A stretch of 64,000 bases of DNA from Octopus sinensis (lineage: Eukaryota): assembly GCF_006345805.1 (NCBI RefSeq), contig NC_043013.1:22692001-22756000 (forward strand), given 5' to 3'. The notes beneath the pieces are model-generated. The model saw only the letters and a list, made by a program, of their open reading frames with translations, had not been told where the DNA came from and did not search any database. This document shows, piece by piece, positions 41,271 through 55,344 of the stretch (position 1 is its first letter; each line of letters starts with the position of its first letter). The position numbers and the translations under genes were made by a program.

Positions 41271-41943
41271 TATGTGTTTAAATATACATAAAGATACATG
41301 TAAATAAAACCCGTGTGGGATACGTATGAAAGGAAGCGTGAGAAAAAGAGAACAGATAAAAGTATTTTCTTTTTTGTGTGTGTACTAAAATTACGAACGG
41401 TTAAGAGTTTCACTTAAAAGTGCCATAGGGTTCGGTGTTCTTTAAAAATATATTAACGGTATATAATATAAGGTATATAATACAGTTGGAACAAGTTCAC
41501 TTTCTACAGCCGAATCCAGAGTTCATGTGCTGGTAGAAAAATTAATAAAACATCTTACAAACCATGCGGACAATGTCCCTTCATCAGGAAACATAGACAC
41601 AACACACACACACACACACACACTCACACGCGCGTGCGCACAAATCAATTTTCGGAACACCAATAAATATCTCACCAATTAAACATATCCGAAGAGGAGA
41701 ATAGATAAATAAAAATGTAAAATATAAAAATAAATCAATAATGAATAAAAGTAATTAATTCATAGAGATATAATGAATGGAAATATAGTTCTGACTTGGA
41801 GAAATATGTTAATTTAATGGAAGACTGAAGTGAGAATGTAATTGGCTTTCAGATAAACTAAAGTAATAATATATTATCCTATACACGCATACATGCATAT
41901 ACATACATACATACATACATACATACATACATACATACATACA

Positions 41944-41977
<34 letters not shown>

Positions 41978-42463
41978 CATACATACATACATACCTTCTT
42001 TCACACACACACACATATGCATATATATATATATATTTATATATACTAGCACCCCCGTGTCTTCAAAAATGCCGAAAGTGTTATTAATGGTAGATGTCGC
42101 ATCAAAACATTGAAGAAACCGTTTATGTTAGCAATCGGTTAAATACAAACACAGAATTGAAGCATTTTAATAATCAGATACGGTTGTAACATCTCCGTGT
42201 ACACATCATATATATATATATATACACTGTTGTGTCTGAGGAGAGTCATTCTCTTTTGGTGCCTTATAATTTAACACACTCACCGGTAAAAGTTCCACTT
42301 ATTTATTTATTTATTTATTTTTCTAGTGGAAATTATAAGGCACTAAAAGACTCCCCCCGGACACAACAGAATATGCTTCAACACACGAACTCCCCAAAAT
42401 AATCTTGCAAATCAAATCCAAAAACGAAATATACATACATACATACATACATACATACATACA

Positions 42464-43749
42464 TGGCAACATACACTAAGTTCCCGCCGTTTTTTTTAAT
42501 TTTGGAATTAATTGCGTTTTTAAATTTTGGAATCTATTTTATTCGAGAATTCTATTTTGAATCAATTTGGAATCTATTGTTTGTGTGTTTTTTTTGTAGT
42601 TAATTTTACTTAATTTTTGTTTATTTTCAGATTATTAAAATGGAATGTCAAGTTAAGAAAAACGAGCATTTTCGACACCTCCTTCTTTTTGCTTTTAATC
42701 AAGGTTCTAAGGCCGCAAAAGCTGCTCACGACATTTGTGCTGTGTATGGAGAGGGTGCCATAGCTGAAATTACCGCTCGTGATGGGTATGCCAAGTTCAA
42801 AAATGGAAATTTTGACCTCAAAGACGCACCCCATTCTGGTCGTCCAGTTGAGTTCGATGAAGAGCGATTAAAGCAACTTTTGCCAGAAAATTCTTGTCAA
42901 ATGACAAGGGAACTGGCAGAGAAAATGGAATGCTCCCATACTGCTATAGAGAAGCATCTTCACTCGATGGGAAAGGTTCAGAAGTATGGAGCATGGGTTC
43001 CGTATGCTTTAAGTGACAACAAAAATCAACGAGCCACAATCACTGCTGGTTTGCTTGCTCGTCACCGCTCAACTCATGAACACAAGCAACGATTTCTTTA
43101 CCGAATCGTTACTGGCGACGTGAAATGGTGCCTGTACATCAATATGAAGCAACTTAAGGAATGGCTTAGCCCCGATAAACAAGCGACACCGCGCATGAAA
43201 CAAGATCTTCATCCGCGTAAAATGATGTTGTGCGTATGGTGGGACTGGGAAGGGATCATCCATTGCGAATTGCTTGAACGGAACAAAACGGTCAATGTTG
43301 AACCCTATGTTCAACAGATGGAATGACTCAAGATGGCTATTCAAGAGAAAAGACCTAATCAGCAGCATGGAGTTCTTCTGCTGCATGACAACGCCCGCTC
43401 TCATATCGCCAATATGACCAAGGAAGCCATTCAAACGAATGACTGGGAAGTGCTGCCATACCCGCCATACTTTCCTGATTTAGCCCCAACGGATTTCCAC
43501 ATCTTTCGATCGCTTTCAAATGCTACGCGCGGAGTTTCGTTCAATACTGATGCAGAATTGAGAGCTTGGTTGGATCAATTTTTCGAGTCGAAAGCAGGTT
43601 ATTTCTATTAACGAGGTATTTAAAATCCTGTTATGAAGAAGTTGTAAACAACAAGGGTGAAAACATTATTGATTAATTAGTTGTTATTTTTTATTAAAAC
43701 TTTTAAAAATTTAAATCCCAAAATAAAATGTGGGAACTTAGTTGCCAAC

Positions 43750-43753
<4 letters not shown>
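42464..43753 (+). mobile_element. Near full-length mariner element (DD34D)
   Basis: Right TIR gtgggaacttagttgccaacctaa|TA is intact. The left TIR survives as tggcaac(atacac)taagttcccgcc with a small insertion. Encloses the transposase pseudogene. Confidence 0.93.
42640..43611 (+). pseudogene. Mariner transposase with premature stops
   Basis: HFRHLLLFAF...SGRP...WVPYAL...IVTGDVKW...MLCVWWD...LLHDNARSH...YFPDLAPTDFHIF, with 34 residues between the 2nd and 3rd Asp. In-frame TGA at 43324-43326 and TAA at 43609-43611. Confidence 0.93.
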
Positions 43754-43820
<67 letters not shown>

Positions 43821-45111
43821 ATACATACTTACACAGTGTATCCCAACGATTTCAGACTTCCTGACAGTTAGCACTCCTTCCACCCGCAATTGGCTGTCAT
43901 GATATCGCCAAAGATATTTCGGTATATTTTGATCCACATTAAGGCGCGTGTTTTCTTTGTTATCCTCGCATCTCAACACAATAAGCTAAAATTATCTGTT
44001 AGAGAGTATCGTTTCAGTACTGTCTCTCGTATAATGAGGCATTTTATTCTTTCCCTTTCGTAGTTTTACTATTTACTACTCTGTAAGCCTGCAAGTACGG
44101 GACAGAAGGAAAGAAAGGCAGCCGCCAGGCTTAGCAAACTCAGACAAAATGGTGATGGTCAACGTAATATGCACCTTAGAAGTTTTTTCTGGGCGTCGTT
44201 GTGTCTCTTTTTCGCTGCGGTAAAAGCACAAAATTCATCAGATGCAATTTTTATTTTTTGTTCTAAACACTTCTCCCCATATAAATCTGTCTGAAAGTTG
44301 TGAGAAAGAAAGTAGCATGTATCTTATTGTAATTTTGTTTGATCAATTATATTGATCAAACTGATCGAAACGTTTACTCATTAAACACGAGAAGGCTTCG
44401 GTTTTCCTGCTCACTGTTTCCATGTTCTTCCCTTCTCCGTCATTTGTTTTCATTATTGGAAATTGTTTTGTACTAAAGATTTCAATGACGGTTTTGTCTC
44501 ATAATTTCAACTTCATATTTTTCTTTTTATTTACAATATTGCATCTAATTCCAATGAGTCTTCTACAAAAGCTTAAAAATAATTTATACAGAAGAATTCC
44601 TACATGTCACACACAACTCCACTAAGTTACATTGTTCAACGAACTGTTCTCAAGATTTATGTGTTTCCCTTCCCGCGAGGCAGTTAAAAATTCACAACCA
44701 TTGTATGAAGCGGATCAAATGAATTAATACACGGAGAGTTGATTCCTTAGAATGGGCTTGGTGAATTTTGCAACAGAGATCTGCTTTCATTCATTTTGTA
44801 AAAATCTTTTGAAACTGTTATAACAAATAGCAAATCAATAATTTTTTAATATTTCCATTGATGAAATACAAGAAAAGAATGGGACCGCGAAAATTCAGCA
44901 TTTATAACGAATTTAATGCTCTATTGGATACAGGATGTGGATGAGTTGCTAAAGAGGCATATAGAGGCTGAACGGAATGAAACGAGACATTCGTGTGGCG
45001 CTTCCCGGATTCGACTTATATTTTTACTAACGAAAAACGAGCTTTAATGTTTCCAAAAATTTCTCTAACTCTTCTTGTCGGAAGAAATGTTACTCTCAGT
45101 TTATATTAATA

Positions 45112-45413
45112 CTAGCAGTATCGCCCGGCGTTGCTCGGGTTTGTAAGGGAAATAACTATATAAGCATTTTTAGAGAGTTACTTCCCTTATATAATAGCAA
45201 AGAAATGCATTAAAAATGAAAAAAAAATGATGGTAAATTTTTTTTAAGTCGTAGACTCATCGTAGACGCGCGCTAATACCCAGAAGGGCTCGATATGAAT
45301 CACGACTATAAGATACCCGCTTTTGGTTAAACTGCACCGCAAAATGTGGGAGTAGTTAGGAATCTAAATCGTAGGAGACAGACACCACACAACTTCAGTT
45401 TTATATATATAGA
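45112..45413 (-). mobile_element. Non-autonomous Helitron (302 bp)
   Basis: Minus strand starts A|TCTATATATATAAAA and ends ...cccgagcaacgccggg(hairpin)cgatactgCTAG|T: 5' TC, subterminal hairpin, 3' CTAG, inserted between A and T with no TSD. Confidence 0.88.
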
Positions 45414-46129
45414 TATTAGCAGAAAAATGCTTTCAAGGTCTACGCTTGGCGTCCAAACGAAAAAGAAGCTTGAGTGAGTACAAATCGTTTCCAAGATTTA
45501 CGAACGTTGCCCTACTGTAGACAAGTACAGTACCAGTTATTGATATTTCCAACAAAGCAGTACTCTTTTAAAACAAGATTCTGTTAAACAAGCAGACCGC
45601 AGCCATGTTAAACCTGATTTCTGGCTCAACTGTATTAAACGAAATTTTATTAGTATTCTTTAATTTCAAAATATTCTCCTAAATATAAATCACTCGCATA
45701 CGTTCAGAATCGGAGCCCGACTAGAGTTGTGATTGACACTGGTTGAAATTATTAGTCAAATCAATGTACCTAAGAGAATATTTTATTATCTCAACCAAAA
45801 AAGAAACACGAATCCATATACGAAAAGATGAGATCTATTTCCATTTCACTTTGTCCAGATATGCTGAACCAAACGAGAATTTTTTTCTTCATATGTACGG
45901 ACGCGTTCGGCTGAATGGATTTTAAGTACATGAAGGAGCTTGAAAGGTTTCGCAACTGAAGCCGTGCAAGTTTCTGTCAATCATTAGTCTTCCCAAGAAC
46001 TGTATGTATTCATTTGGACGCGTTCTATCTCCTTATCACTCTCTGCCCACAAACTTTGCTAATGTCACATAATCTTTCGTTTCCTTTTCTGTGAATAAAG
46101 TTGCTAAAATGTATGCTGACCCATTTATT

Positions 46130-46960
46130 CAATTACTTTGATTTATATTAAGAATTGGGGTTTTGGGGGAAATAACTGTCATCATTTGGCCCGAGGGACA
46201 TACAATACGTTTAAATCTGGTCCGCAAAGCCAAACGAATTTGATATCCTTGTTTAGACAATGCATAAAACCACTCAGTAAACTTAGATGAATTTTCTGGC
46301 GATGTGAGATCGGAATTATATCTCCAACAACACAACTTCTAATTTAATGGATGAAAATGTCTATGGTAACTTCAAGAAATATTACCTGAGAACTTTGAAA
46401 CAAACCATAAAGCAATACATGGCGGGTGATAAACCAAAAGTTAGAGAGCTCTGGGGAAATGGTCGGTATTATGGATACCGAATCATTGGATGAAATGCAA
46501 TTTTTATCCGTGTCAGGTTTTCTACTATCAAAAAATCTGCATCAGGTTTAGTAAAATGTTACGGTTATGGAGAAAGCTGATGTGGTTCAGTTGCTCTAGT
46601 CACACATGGAAAACGTTTTCCAACGAGAAGCTGATATCCTTGGATCAAGAACCAATTGTAGATCAAAATAAGCTTCAGTTATTCCATTTCAGATGACTGC
46701 AAATTATACGACCAAAGTGATGGCACTTCTAGAGAGAGATCTGCAACCTTTTTCTTATAACAATTCTAATCATAACTGTAATATAAGATTCCAATTACTA
46801 TTGTAACATAAAAATGACAGAGATAAAAATGAATTGAATTCATAACGAGGTCAGTATGTACACGGAGCTGTAGAAGACGAAGACGGACCGTAAATAAGAA
46901 GTAATTCCGAGCAAGTTCTTCATCTTTTTCAGCAGACGCTGAAGAGGATGACTTGCAGTG
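46130..46960 (+). mobile_element. Decayed pogo/Tigger (DDE_1) transposase fragment
   Basis: LDNA.NH, NTTS.LMDENVYGNFKKYYLRTL (cf. PPNTTS..QPMDQGVI..FK), and an acidic tail AEEDD. Confidence 0.6.
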
Positions 46961-47204
46961 AAGGAGGCAGTAACTCTAAATAAATCACCCCCCACCCATC
47001 ACCCAGAGAGTAGCCAATATTATTTGGGGTTAGCACATTACCTTTTTTTTTTTTAATGTTCTTAAGTGATTGTTGTATATTGGAAAATGCTGTCTGAAAT
47101 TATAACATAAAAGTAATTGGCAAAATAGGCATCGCGATATGGAATTCCGCGTTATGACAGTATTTCAGGCATGCAATGTTTATCTAAAGATAGCGAGCTA
47201 GAAA

Positions 47205-47712
47205 TGGCGGCGAGCTGGCAGAAACGTTAGCACGCCGGGCGAAATGCTTAGCGTTATTACGTCTGCCGTTACGTTCTGAGTTCCAATTCCGCCGTGGTGG
47301 ACTTTGCCTTTCATTCTTTCGGAGTCGATCCAATCCACTGAACCCCCCCTCCCAAAGTTTCGGGCCTTGTGCCAAGAGTAGAAAAGAATATTTCATATCT
47401 TTCAAATTCCGCCTAGGTCAACTTTGCCTTTCATCTTTTCAGGGTCGATTAAATAAGTACCAGTTACGCACTAGGGCTGATATAATCGACTTAATCCGTT
47501 TGTCTGTCCTTGTTTGTCTTCTCTGTGGGTAGTAAAGAAATAGGTATTTCGTCTACTAGTACATTCTGAGTTCAAATTCCACCGAGGTCGACTTTGCCTT
47601 TCAAATTTTAGGGGTCGATAAATTAAATACCAATTGCGTACTGGTATCGATCTAATCGACTGGTCCCCACCCCACCAAAAAATTTTGGGCCTTGTTCCTA
47701 GAGTAGAAAAGA
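47205..47712 (+). mobile_element. Cluster of three SINE family A copies in tandem
   Basis: ggcggcgagctggcagaaacgttagcacgccgggcg head at 47205; the core ttcaaattcc..ggtcgactttgcctttca recurs at about 47280, 47402 and 47572. Confidence 0.88.
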
Positions 47713-48007
47713 ATATTTAAGTAAAGTGAGGATGCATGTACACGCACGAGCGCGCACACACATACACACACACACACACACGCACACATACTCTCTCTCT
47801 TTCTCATATATGCATACACTCGCATACACACGCACACACATACACGTATAGTATAGCTCGCCTAATCATTGACTTACACGTCATCATTTGAAATGGGTTC
47901 AAACTGGAAATTTCGAATAAAAAAATAAAAACACACAAAAAGGACACAAAGACGGTTATGCATGAAAATAATGTGTGTGTGTATGTGTATGTGTGTGCGC
48001 ATGTATA

Positions 48008-48418
48008 CTCTTTACTCTTTTACTCTTTTACTTGATTCAGTCATTTGACTGCGGTCATGCTGGAGCACCGCCTTTAATCCAGCAACTCGACCCCGGGACT
48101 TATTCTTTTGTAAGCCCAGTACTTATTCTATCGGTCTGTTTTGCCGAACCGCTAGGTAACGGGGACATAAACGCACCAGCATCGGTTGTCAAGCAATGCT
48201 AGGGGGACAAACACACTCACACAAACACACACACGCATATATATATACATATATACGACGGGCTTCTTTCAGTTTCCGTCTACCAAATCCACTCACAAGG
48301 CTTTTGTCGGTCCGAGGCTATAGTAGAAGACACTTGCCCAAGGTGCCACGCAATGGGACTGAACCCGGAACCGTGTGGTTGGTAAACAAGCTACTTACCA
48401 CACAGCCACTCCTGCGCC
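48008..48418 (-). mobile_element. Full-length SINE family B
   Basis: Reverse complement of the 15430 copy from the (tttactc)n tail to the head cacacagccactcctgcgcc. Confidence 0.92.
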
Positions 48419-48428
48419 ATTCCTGATG

Positions 48429-48464
<36 letters not shown>

Positions 48465-49019
48465 ATACACACACACATACATACACAAACTCATAATACA
48501 TATTTACACTTATACGTACGCATACATGTATACATGCGCATACACACACACTTACACACACATACACATATGCAATGTAAATACATACAAGCACAGGTAC
48601 ATTCGCATCGTCCATCTTCGCCATTCTTCACAGACAACAAACATCTCACCGATTCCTGATCTTCGATTCGTTTAAGATTCAAAACTGTATAAAGGAGACA
48701 CAAAAAGTACGCGGAGAACAAAAAAAAAAAAAAAAACCAAAAGAGAAGAAATCCAGAAAGGAAATCAATGAAGATATGAAGCAATTAATTCACACAAATA
48801 CAACCGATCTAATTAGAGCTATGACTTGGAGAAATACGTTCATTTAATGGGAAACCAGAGTTGGAAAATATAATTGTCTTTCAAATAAGAGAAATTTAAA
48901 GAGAGAAAATATAAACACGCCTGGAGATTTTTCCGTTCGGTAAAGCTTTCTCACATTAAGAGAAACGTAAGTACGCATCGAAGCACAGACGTGTGTCTGT
49001 ATATCTATGTGTATGCGTG

Positions 49020-49050
<31 letters not shown>

Positions 49051-49144
49051 TGTGTGTGTTGTGTGTGTGTGTCTGTCGGTTTGAGAGAATGCGTGTGGAT
49101 GTATATTCGTACACTCTTTCCCTACCTTTCTCCCACTATATATA

Positions 49145-49239
<95 letters not shown>

Positions 49240-49285
49240 GAGAGAGAGAGAGAGAGAAGAGAGAGAGAGATAGATAGATAGATAC

Positions 49286-49383
<98 letters not shown>

Positions 49384-50085
49384 CATGGGTGTGTATGATT
49401 GTGTATAGAAAAATATATTAATCGAAGGAATTCCAACTTTGATTTCTACTCTTTATTTACACTCTTGTAATAAATAATATAATATAACGAAATGATAGAC
49501 TATTAAATGTCCGTTCTCATTGAACTAGTACTTTCATGCATTAAACTATGCAATCTTCAGGTTCGTGTAGCAGTGGTGACAGCTATGTTTTACAATTTAC
49601 AACTGTAGTAACATGGCTGAAATGTGTGCCTTAACTACATTTGTTTTGGCTCCAGAATATTAAGTTTTACAAACTGTATTCTGACCAATCAGTGTTTGGC
49701 TTCACTAAATTACTTAAGGTGATTGGTGTTTTGTTTAGGCGTCACGGTTTGTTGAACGTTAACGTTTGTATCAAGGCAGAAGAGTGCCTCTGACGTTTTG
49801 ATTGTTAGTCCTTCATCAGAAAGAAAAGTAAAATGAGGTGAAACATATAGAAGTAAATGAGAGAGGGAATAGAAGAGGAAGGAAAAGCGGTATTAGCCGG
49901 GTGTAAAGCCGTTTTATAAGGTGACACCAGAAAGGTTGATAAGGGTATGGATGTAAGTGCGTTTGTGAAAATGTGTGAGATATGTATTGATGTGTATATC
50001 GGGCATCAGAAAATACTGACTCATCTATGTTGAGTTTATGTGCGTGCCTGTACGGACTGCTATGTGTGTGTGTGCGTGTGTGTGT

Positions 50086-50137
<52 letters not shown>

Positions 50138-50512
50138 CGTGCGTGTGTGTGCAGTATAAGTGCAAAGAAAGCCTCAGGTAAGTGCCTGAGTTTTATCTCT
50201 AGCTTCAATCTGTACTTTTCATGGGTGTATGTGTAGACATATGTCCAAAAGTCTGTGTCGATTGTATTTTTGCATGTGCACATACGTTTGGGGAAACTAC
50301 TATGCGCGCGCGTGTGTGTGTGTGTATGTGTGTGTACGTGCGTGCGTACGTGTGTGTGTGTTTATACATCACAACTGAGGCAAGCAGTTGTGGTTTTTCT
50401 CTCTGTGTATCTACAATTTAAAATTAGTGTTTTGTTCCTGTTCGTGTTTAAATCAACCTACAACGTTTTTTTAAAATCAGAAACGCAGAAGTATGTTTGA
50501 GACACATTAACG

Positions 50513-50722
50513 TGTATGTGTCTGAAATGTGTATGTGCCTGAAAGGTGTATGTGTCTGAAATGTGTATGTGTCTGAAAGGTGTATGTGTCTGAAAGGTGT
50601 GTGTCTGAAATGTGTATGTGTCTGAAAGGTGTATGTGTCTGAAATGTGTATGTGCCTGAAAGATGTATGTGTCTGAAATGTGTATGTGTCTGAAAGGTGT
50701 ATGTGCCTGAAATGTGTATGTG
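50513..50722. repeat. 17-bp minisatellite, 12 units (tgtatgtg(t/c)ctgaaa(tg/gg))
   Basis: Units read directly from 50513. One 15-bp unit at 50598; ends largely alternate between -atg and -agg. Confidence 0.95.
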
Positions 50723-51292
50723 ATTATGTTGCGTTGTATGTGTGCTTTGGCTAATATAAATTGTATTTTTGCGTGTGTACATGTAGAGTGAGTATCTGTG
50801 AATGTGCATGGTTGGAAAACGGAAGGATGAATGTAAGTGCGTGCGTGCATGCGTGTGTGTGTGTGTGTGAATGTGTTTGTAAATGTGTTATGTGTGTGTA
50901 TGTGTGTGTGTGTGCGTGCGTAATAGTTAACTACGGAAGTAAAATTCCCGAAGCCGAAGTATGTGTTTGTATATGAGTTATTTTCAAGATAGTGCTCAGA
51001 TGTGGAAGTGTGTGTGATTCATGAGTGCATACGTGTGTGTGCGTATTTATGTGCGCGTGTGAGTGTGTGTGTGTGGGGGCCTTGGGTGTGTGTGGGTGTG
51101 TATGCATGCTTGCGAATCTGGTGAGTGTGTGTAGTGATGAGAGTGTGTATGTTTGACATGTAAGTGTATGTATGTATGTATTATGTATGTGTGTATATAC
51201 GAGAGCCTGTGAAGCGGGCTCATGGAATGTATGTAAGTATCACGTCTATGAGTATCTGTGTATACGTGTGTGTGTGTGTGTATGTGTGTGTA

Positions 51293-51334
<42 letters not shown>

Positions 51335-51473
51335 TTTACTGTACGGACGTGGGGTTTTGTTATTGTATGTTTGCGTCTCAGTGAGTGTGTATGCGAGAAA
51401 TATGTGTGGATGTGTATCTTTCCATGTTTGTGTGTGTGTGTGTGTGTGTGAGTGAGAGAGAGAGAAAGTATGC

Positions 51474-51504
<31 letters not shown>

Positions 51505-52273
51505 TTTGAAAGTCTTGTAAAGCCATAATCAATTTTAACAACAGAGGAATGATGGATGCCGTGCGTGCTTTCTTTTGACATCGTAAATCTTGTTGTTGTT
51601 GTTGTTGTTGTTGCTTGTCCCATCGAACTGCCCAACTACGATTCAGTACATATATGATCAAAGGTTTAATAGCTTTGAACACACATTGATCATAATATAT
51701 ATCTGAGAGCACTTCTCCAATGCGTTTCCTCTCTTGCAATTATAAGATGCAATTTCAGGAAGATTTAGCTGCTATTTCTAACAGGATGGGTTTACACATG
51801 TAGAGATACTCCCGTTGACAAGCTTATAGTGCGCATTATCTTGCTTTTATAAGCTTTTCTAAGGAATATTGTGTTCGGTAGGAAAGTATTAATACATTCA
51901 GAAAATATTGTAAAAAATTGAAAAACCCACGAATGCATTCTGCAGATGTTACCTTTCTGGATAGAATTCCCTGATATTATTAGAATATTTCCATTAACTC
52001 TTTATCTCCTGATCTATTTCTACGTATGATCTCGCTCGCCACAGAGCTGGTGTATGTATGTATATATATATATTAACGACTGATACATTGGTATATTTTA
52101 AGACTGATATGCATCGATCCATGTCAGAATATGTATTAATAAATTGTTGAACCCATCTGAAATTCTCTTTAACATTTTTTGATACCTTTGCATACCAGGT
52201 CCTTTATCTGAGCACTTCTGAGTAGTGCCTGTACAATAAACAAAGAAACTTTACTGTATATATATATATATTT

Positions 52274-52409
52274 ATTTATTTTATAGAAGGAGCTTCTACA
52301 GGACTAGAACTGTCTCATTCAAATGAAATCTTCAGGAAAACATTTTCGTGAAGATTTCATTTGAATGAAACAGTTCTAGTCCTGTAGAAGCTCCTTCTAT
52401 AAAATAAAT
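52274..52409. repeat. Near-perfect 61-bp inverted repeat (hairpin) containing hammerhead-like cores
   Basis: Arms 52274-52334 and 52349-52409 differ at 1 of 61 positions. The spacer ggaaaacattttcg itself pairs as gaaaa/ttttc. Confidence 0.95.
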
Positions 52410-52477
52410 TAATTTACTCTGCTATGTATTGAGTACCTTATTTACTGTGGTTAACCCCGACTCAACCCGGGACCTAC

Positions 52478-52536
<59 letters not shown>

Positions 52537-52699
52537 GTAGCAAAATTAAAAATGAAAAGATCTGGAGAAATCACCAAAAGTTAAAACGATATATACAGTA
52601 AATATATTAGATTGACGCCCAGTAAAAATTTCAGATAGAAGAATAGGAGTGGAAATGAGCATTGTTCTTCGTCGGAAAAAGGGAAACGTCAGAAGAGGA

Positions 52700-53400
52700 G
52701 TAAAAGGAGGAAGGAGTAGAGAAGCACGTATCATTACATGGCCAAAAAGTAACATATATATATAAGTCCACAGTTCAATTTTCCAATGTTGTAGAAATAA
52801 GTCCATAAGCCCGTAGGTGCAATCCTGAGTAAATCCACGTGGGTTAAAGTCCTGATATTGTAAACATCCAGAAAAAAGACGCGAACATATTAAACGTTCA
52901 GCAACGGAAACGTAGCGGGGGTGGTTATTAAAGGGTAAAAAGAAAGAAAAGTAAATATATAGAAAGAGAGGTAGATTGAGTGAAGAGGGAAGTTAACGAT
53001 TGGCGTTAAGGATAAATAAAGTGAGGTATGTAAACATATAGTGTCTAAGAATATAGTGTACAAAGATAGCCAAGAAGATAAGAGAGAAGATGAGGAGGTT
53101 GAGGAAGATAACATAAAAAAATAAAGAAAATAGAGCAAAATGAAAGGAATTTAAAGAGAGTCGGAGATGCCAGTGGTAGTCTTCTGGTTTGTAGGGATTG
53201 GGGAGGAAATCTAGTAGTAAATAATTTTGTCCACTTTATGGCTAAGGTCAGTGGCTGTAGAGTTATTTTAGCAATGGGATTATGGGTGTGTAGGAAGCCG
53301 TGAATGGAGAAACTAGTTGAAGGTTAAATTATTTAGGAGTAGGAATTAGAATTAAATGTTAGGGGATTTATTAAGCCAATGTTTAAAAATGAATTAAAGA
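52700..53400 (-). mobile_element. Possible decayed Penelope-like fragment
   Basis: Faint minus-strand remnants only; adjacent to the PLE-type end at 52274-52480. Confidence 0.3.
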
Positions 53401-53679
53401 ATTAATATTTATCTTAAAATTTCTCAGTATGTGCCTTGTTGGGCGGAAACAGTCATTTATATTGATTCCAGTGTTTGACTGGTACTCCTCGGGATTCACC
53501 TCTGTCCTGATAACGAAGTCAATAAAAGTTAAAGTTGAACTCACTGGATTTGAATAGAGAAAGTAAAGACTCGTACCTAAATGCCGTTGGCAGTTGAAAT
53601 TTATGTCTCCATAACAGAAACCAGAAGACTCATAAGAATTCAGCTGGTAAATACTGCTATATAGATTTCCACCAATCTA

Positions 53680-53714
<35 letters not shown>

Positions 53715-54096
53715 GTGTGTGTGTGTGTGTTGTGTGTGTGTGTGGTGTGTGTTGTGGTGTGTTCCTCATATTTAAAATGATATTGTATAGATTCTCGAGT
53801 CACCTGGAGTAACAACTCTGCTCTATCAGTATAATAATCTCGTTTTATCATCATCAAAATGACAATAGGAATCCGTTTAATTTATTTCCAGTTTGCCTTT
53901 TGTTTGGTAATTAGATTAATTTAGGTAGGAATCATTTTTAACAATGGAACACGTTGAAAATTCACACCTGTTGTTCAATAAGATACTGTTGAAGTAAACA
54001 GAAGCAGCATTATTTCGTGGGGGAAATCAACCTTCTCAACGGTAAATATATTTCTGCTCGTTGCCGTATGGAACTTATTGAGCACAAGAAGCAAAA

Positions 54097-54137
<41 letters not shown>

Positions 54138-54160
54138 CATATATATATATGTACATATAT

Positions 54161-54211
<51 letters not shown>

Positions 54212-54496
54212 GTATTATAATATATATATATATACATATATATACATATATATATATATATGTATGGATATATATACTATATATATACATATATATATAT
54301 ATGTATAATTATATATATATATAATATATAATATATATATATATATTATATATATATATGTATATACCCTCCTTCTTCCCTTTTTTCCTGAGCGCCTAAT
54401 AATACCTTAATTGTTCCACCTCCTCGCGTTGTTGTCTTTTTTGTTTTTTTGTTTTCTTGTTTGGATTAACTTTATATATATATGTATATATATATA

Positions 54497-54557
<61 letters not shown>

Positions 54558-55129
54558 TATACATATATAGATACATATATATATTACATGTGTGTAGTAT
54601 GTATGTATGTATGTATGTATGTATGTATGTATGTATGTGTGTGTATGTATACCTTTGCGCTTTTTATCACGAACAGAACAATCCCAACCGTTATGTCGAG
54701 ATACCATTTAAAATGTCATTGCAACGTACTTTATCTTCAACAACACAATCAGTTAAAATGCTTCCATTTTGAAACTATACAAGTGAACATGTTTTCAGGT
54801 GTATACTGTACTCGCTGTGTATGTAAAGTTGTATAAATAATGTTTTCGTAAGTGAGTTTAGAATGTTTACGTATAGACTGAATATGTGATATTTTATACA
54901 TGAAAATTTTAATTTTGAAACTATACAAGTGAAAAGGTTTAAATTCAATGTTGCACGTTATTGAAGCAGTCAGTTGCCAGTTGTTAGTTCTCTCGATCAC
55001 AGAGGCAAACATGGCGAAGTTGTACTTACTTATGTGATCTACTTGAAACTCCGAAGAATGAATATTTTAAGACTTTAGTGTATTGATCATATCGCAATGA
55101 AATTATTGCTCCTTCGATCGGTTGTCTGT

Positions 55130-55290
55130 CTGTGTCCCTGTGTGTGCCTTTGTGTTTGTCCTCCCACAGCTTGACAACCAGTGTCGGTTTGTTTACATCC
55201 CCGTAATTAAGTGGCTCGGCATAAACGATTGAACCCTTGAAGGCAGTGCCCCAGCATGGCCGCAGTCCAATGACCAAAAGTTAAAAGAGA
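55130..55290 (+). mobile_element. SINE family B 3' half, diverged
   Basis: gtgtttgtcctcccacagcttgacaacc...tttacatccccgtaa...cagcatggccgcagtccaatgac. Confidence 0.7.
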
Positions 55291-55344
55291 TATTTCACCC
55301 CACCCCCATCCCTTCATCCAGTTAGTCTTTAAACGTTGCTCACA

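Noticed and set aside
42611-42642. Strong acceptor just before the mariner ATG, suggesting a SETMAR-like protease-transposase fusion
   Set aside because: The upstream exon ends in phase 2, while in-frame fusion needs phase 0, and the transposase has premature stops.
44034-44082. Signal-peptide-like exon MRHFILSLS*FYYLLL with a phase-1 gtaagc donor (possible paralog first exon)
   Set aside because: It has an in-frame TAG, lies downstream of the IIGG exon, and no second IIGG exon was found in the window.
50513-50722. CRISPR-like array
   Set aside because: Contiguous tandem units without unique spacers, no cas genes, eukaryotic context.
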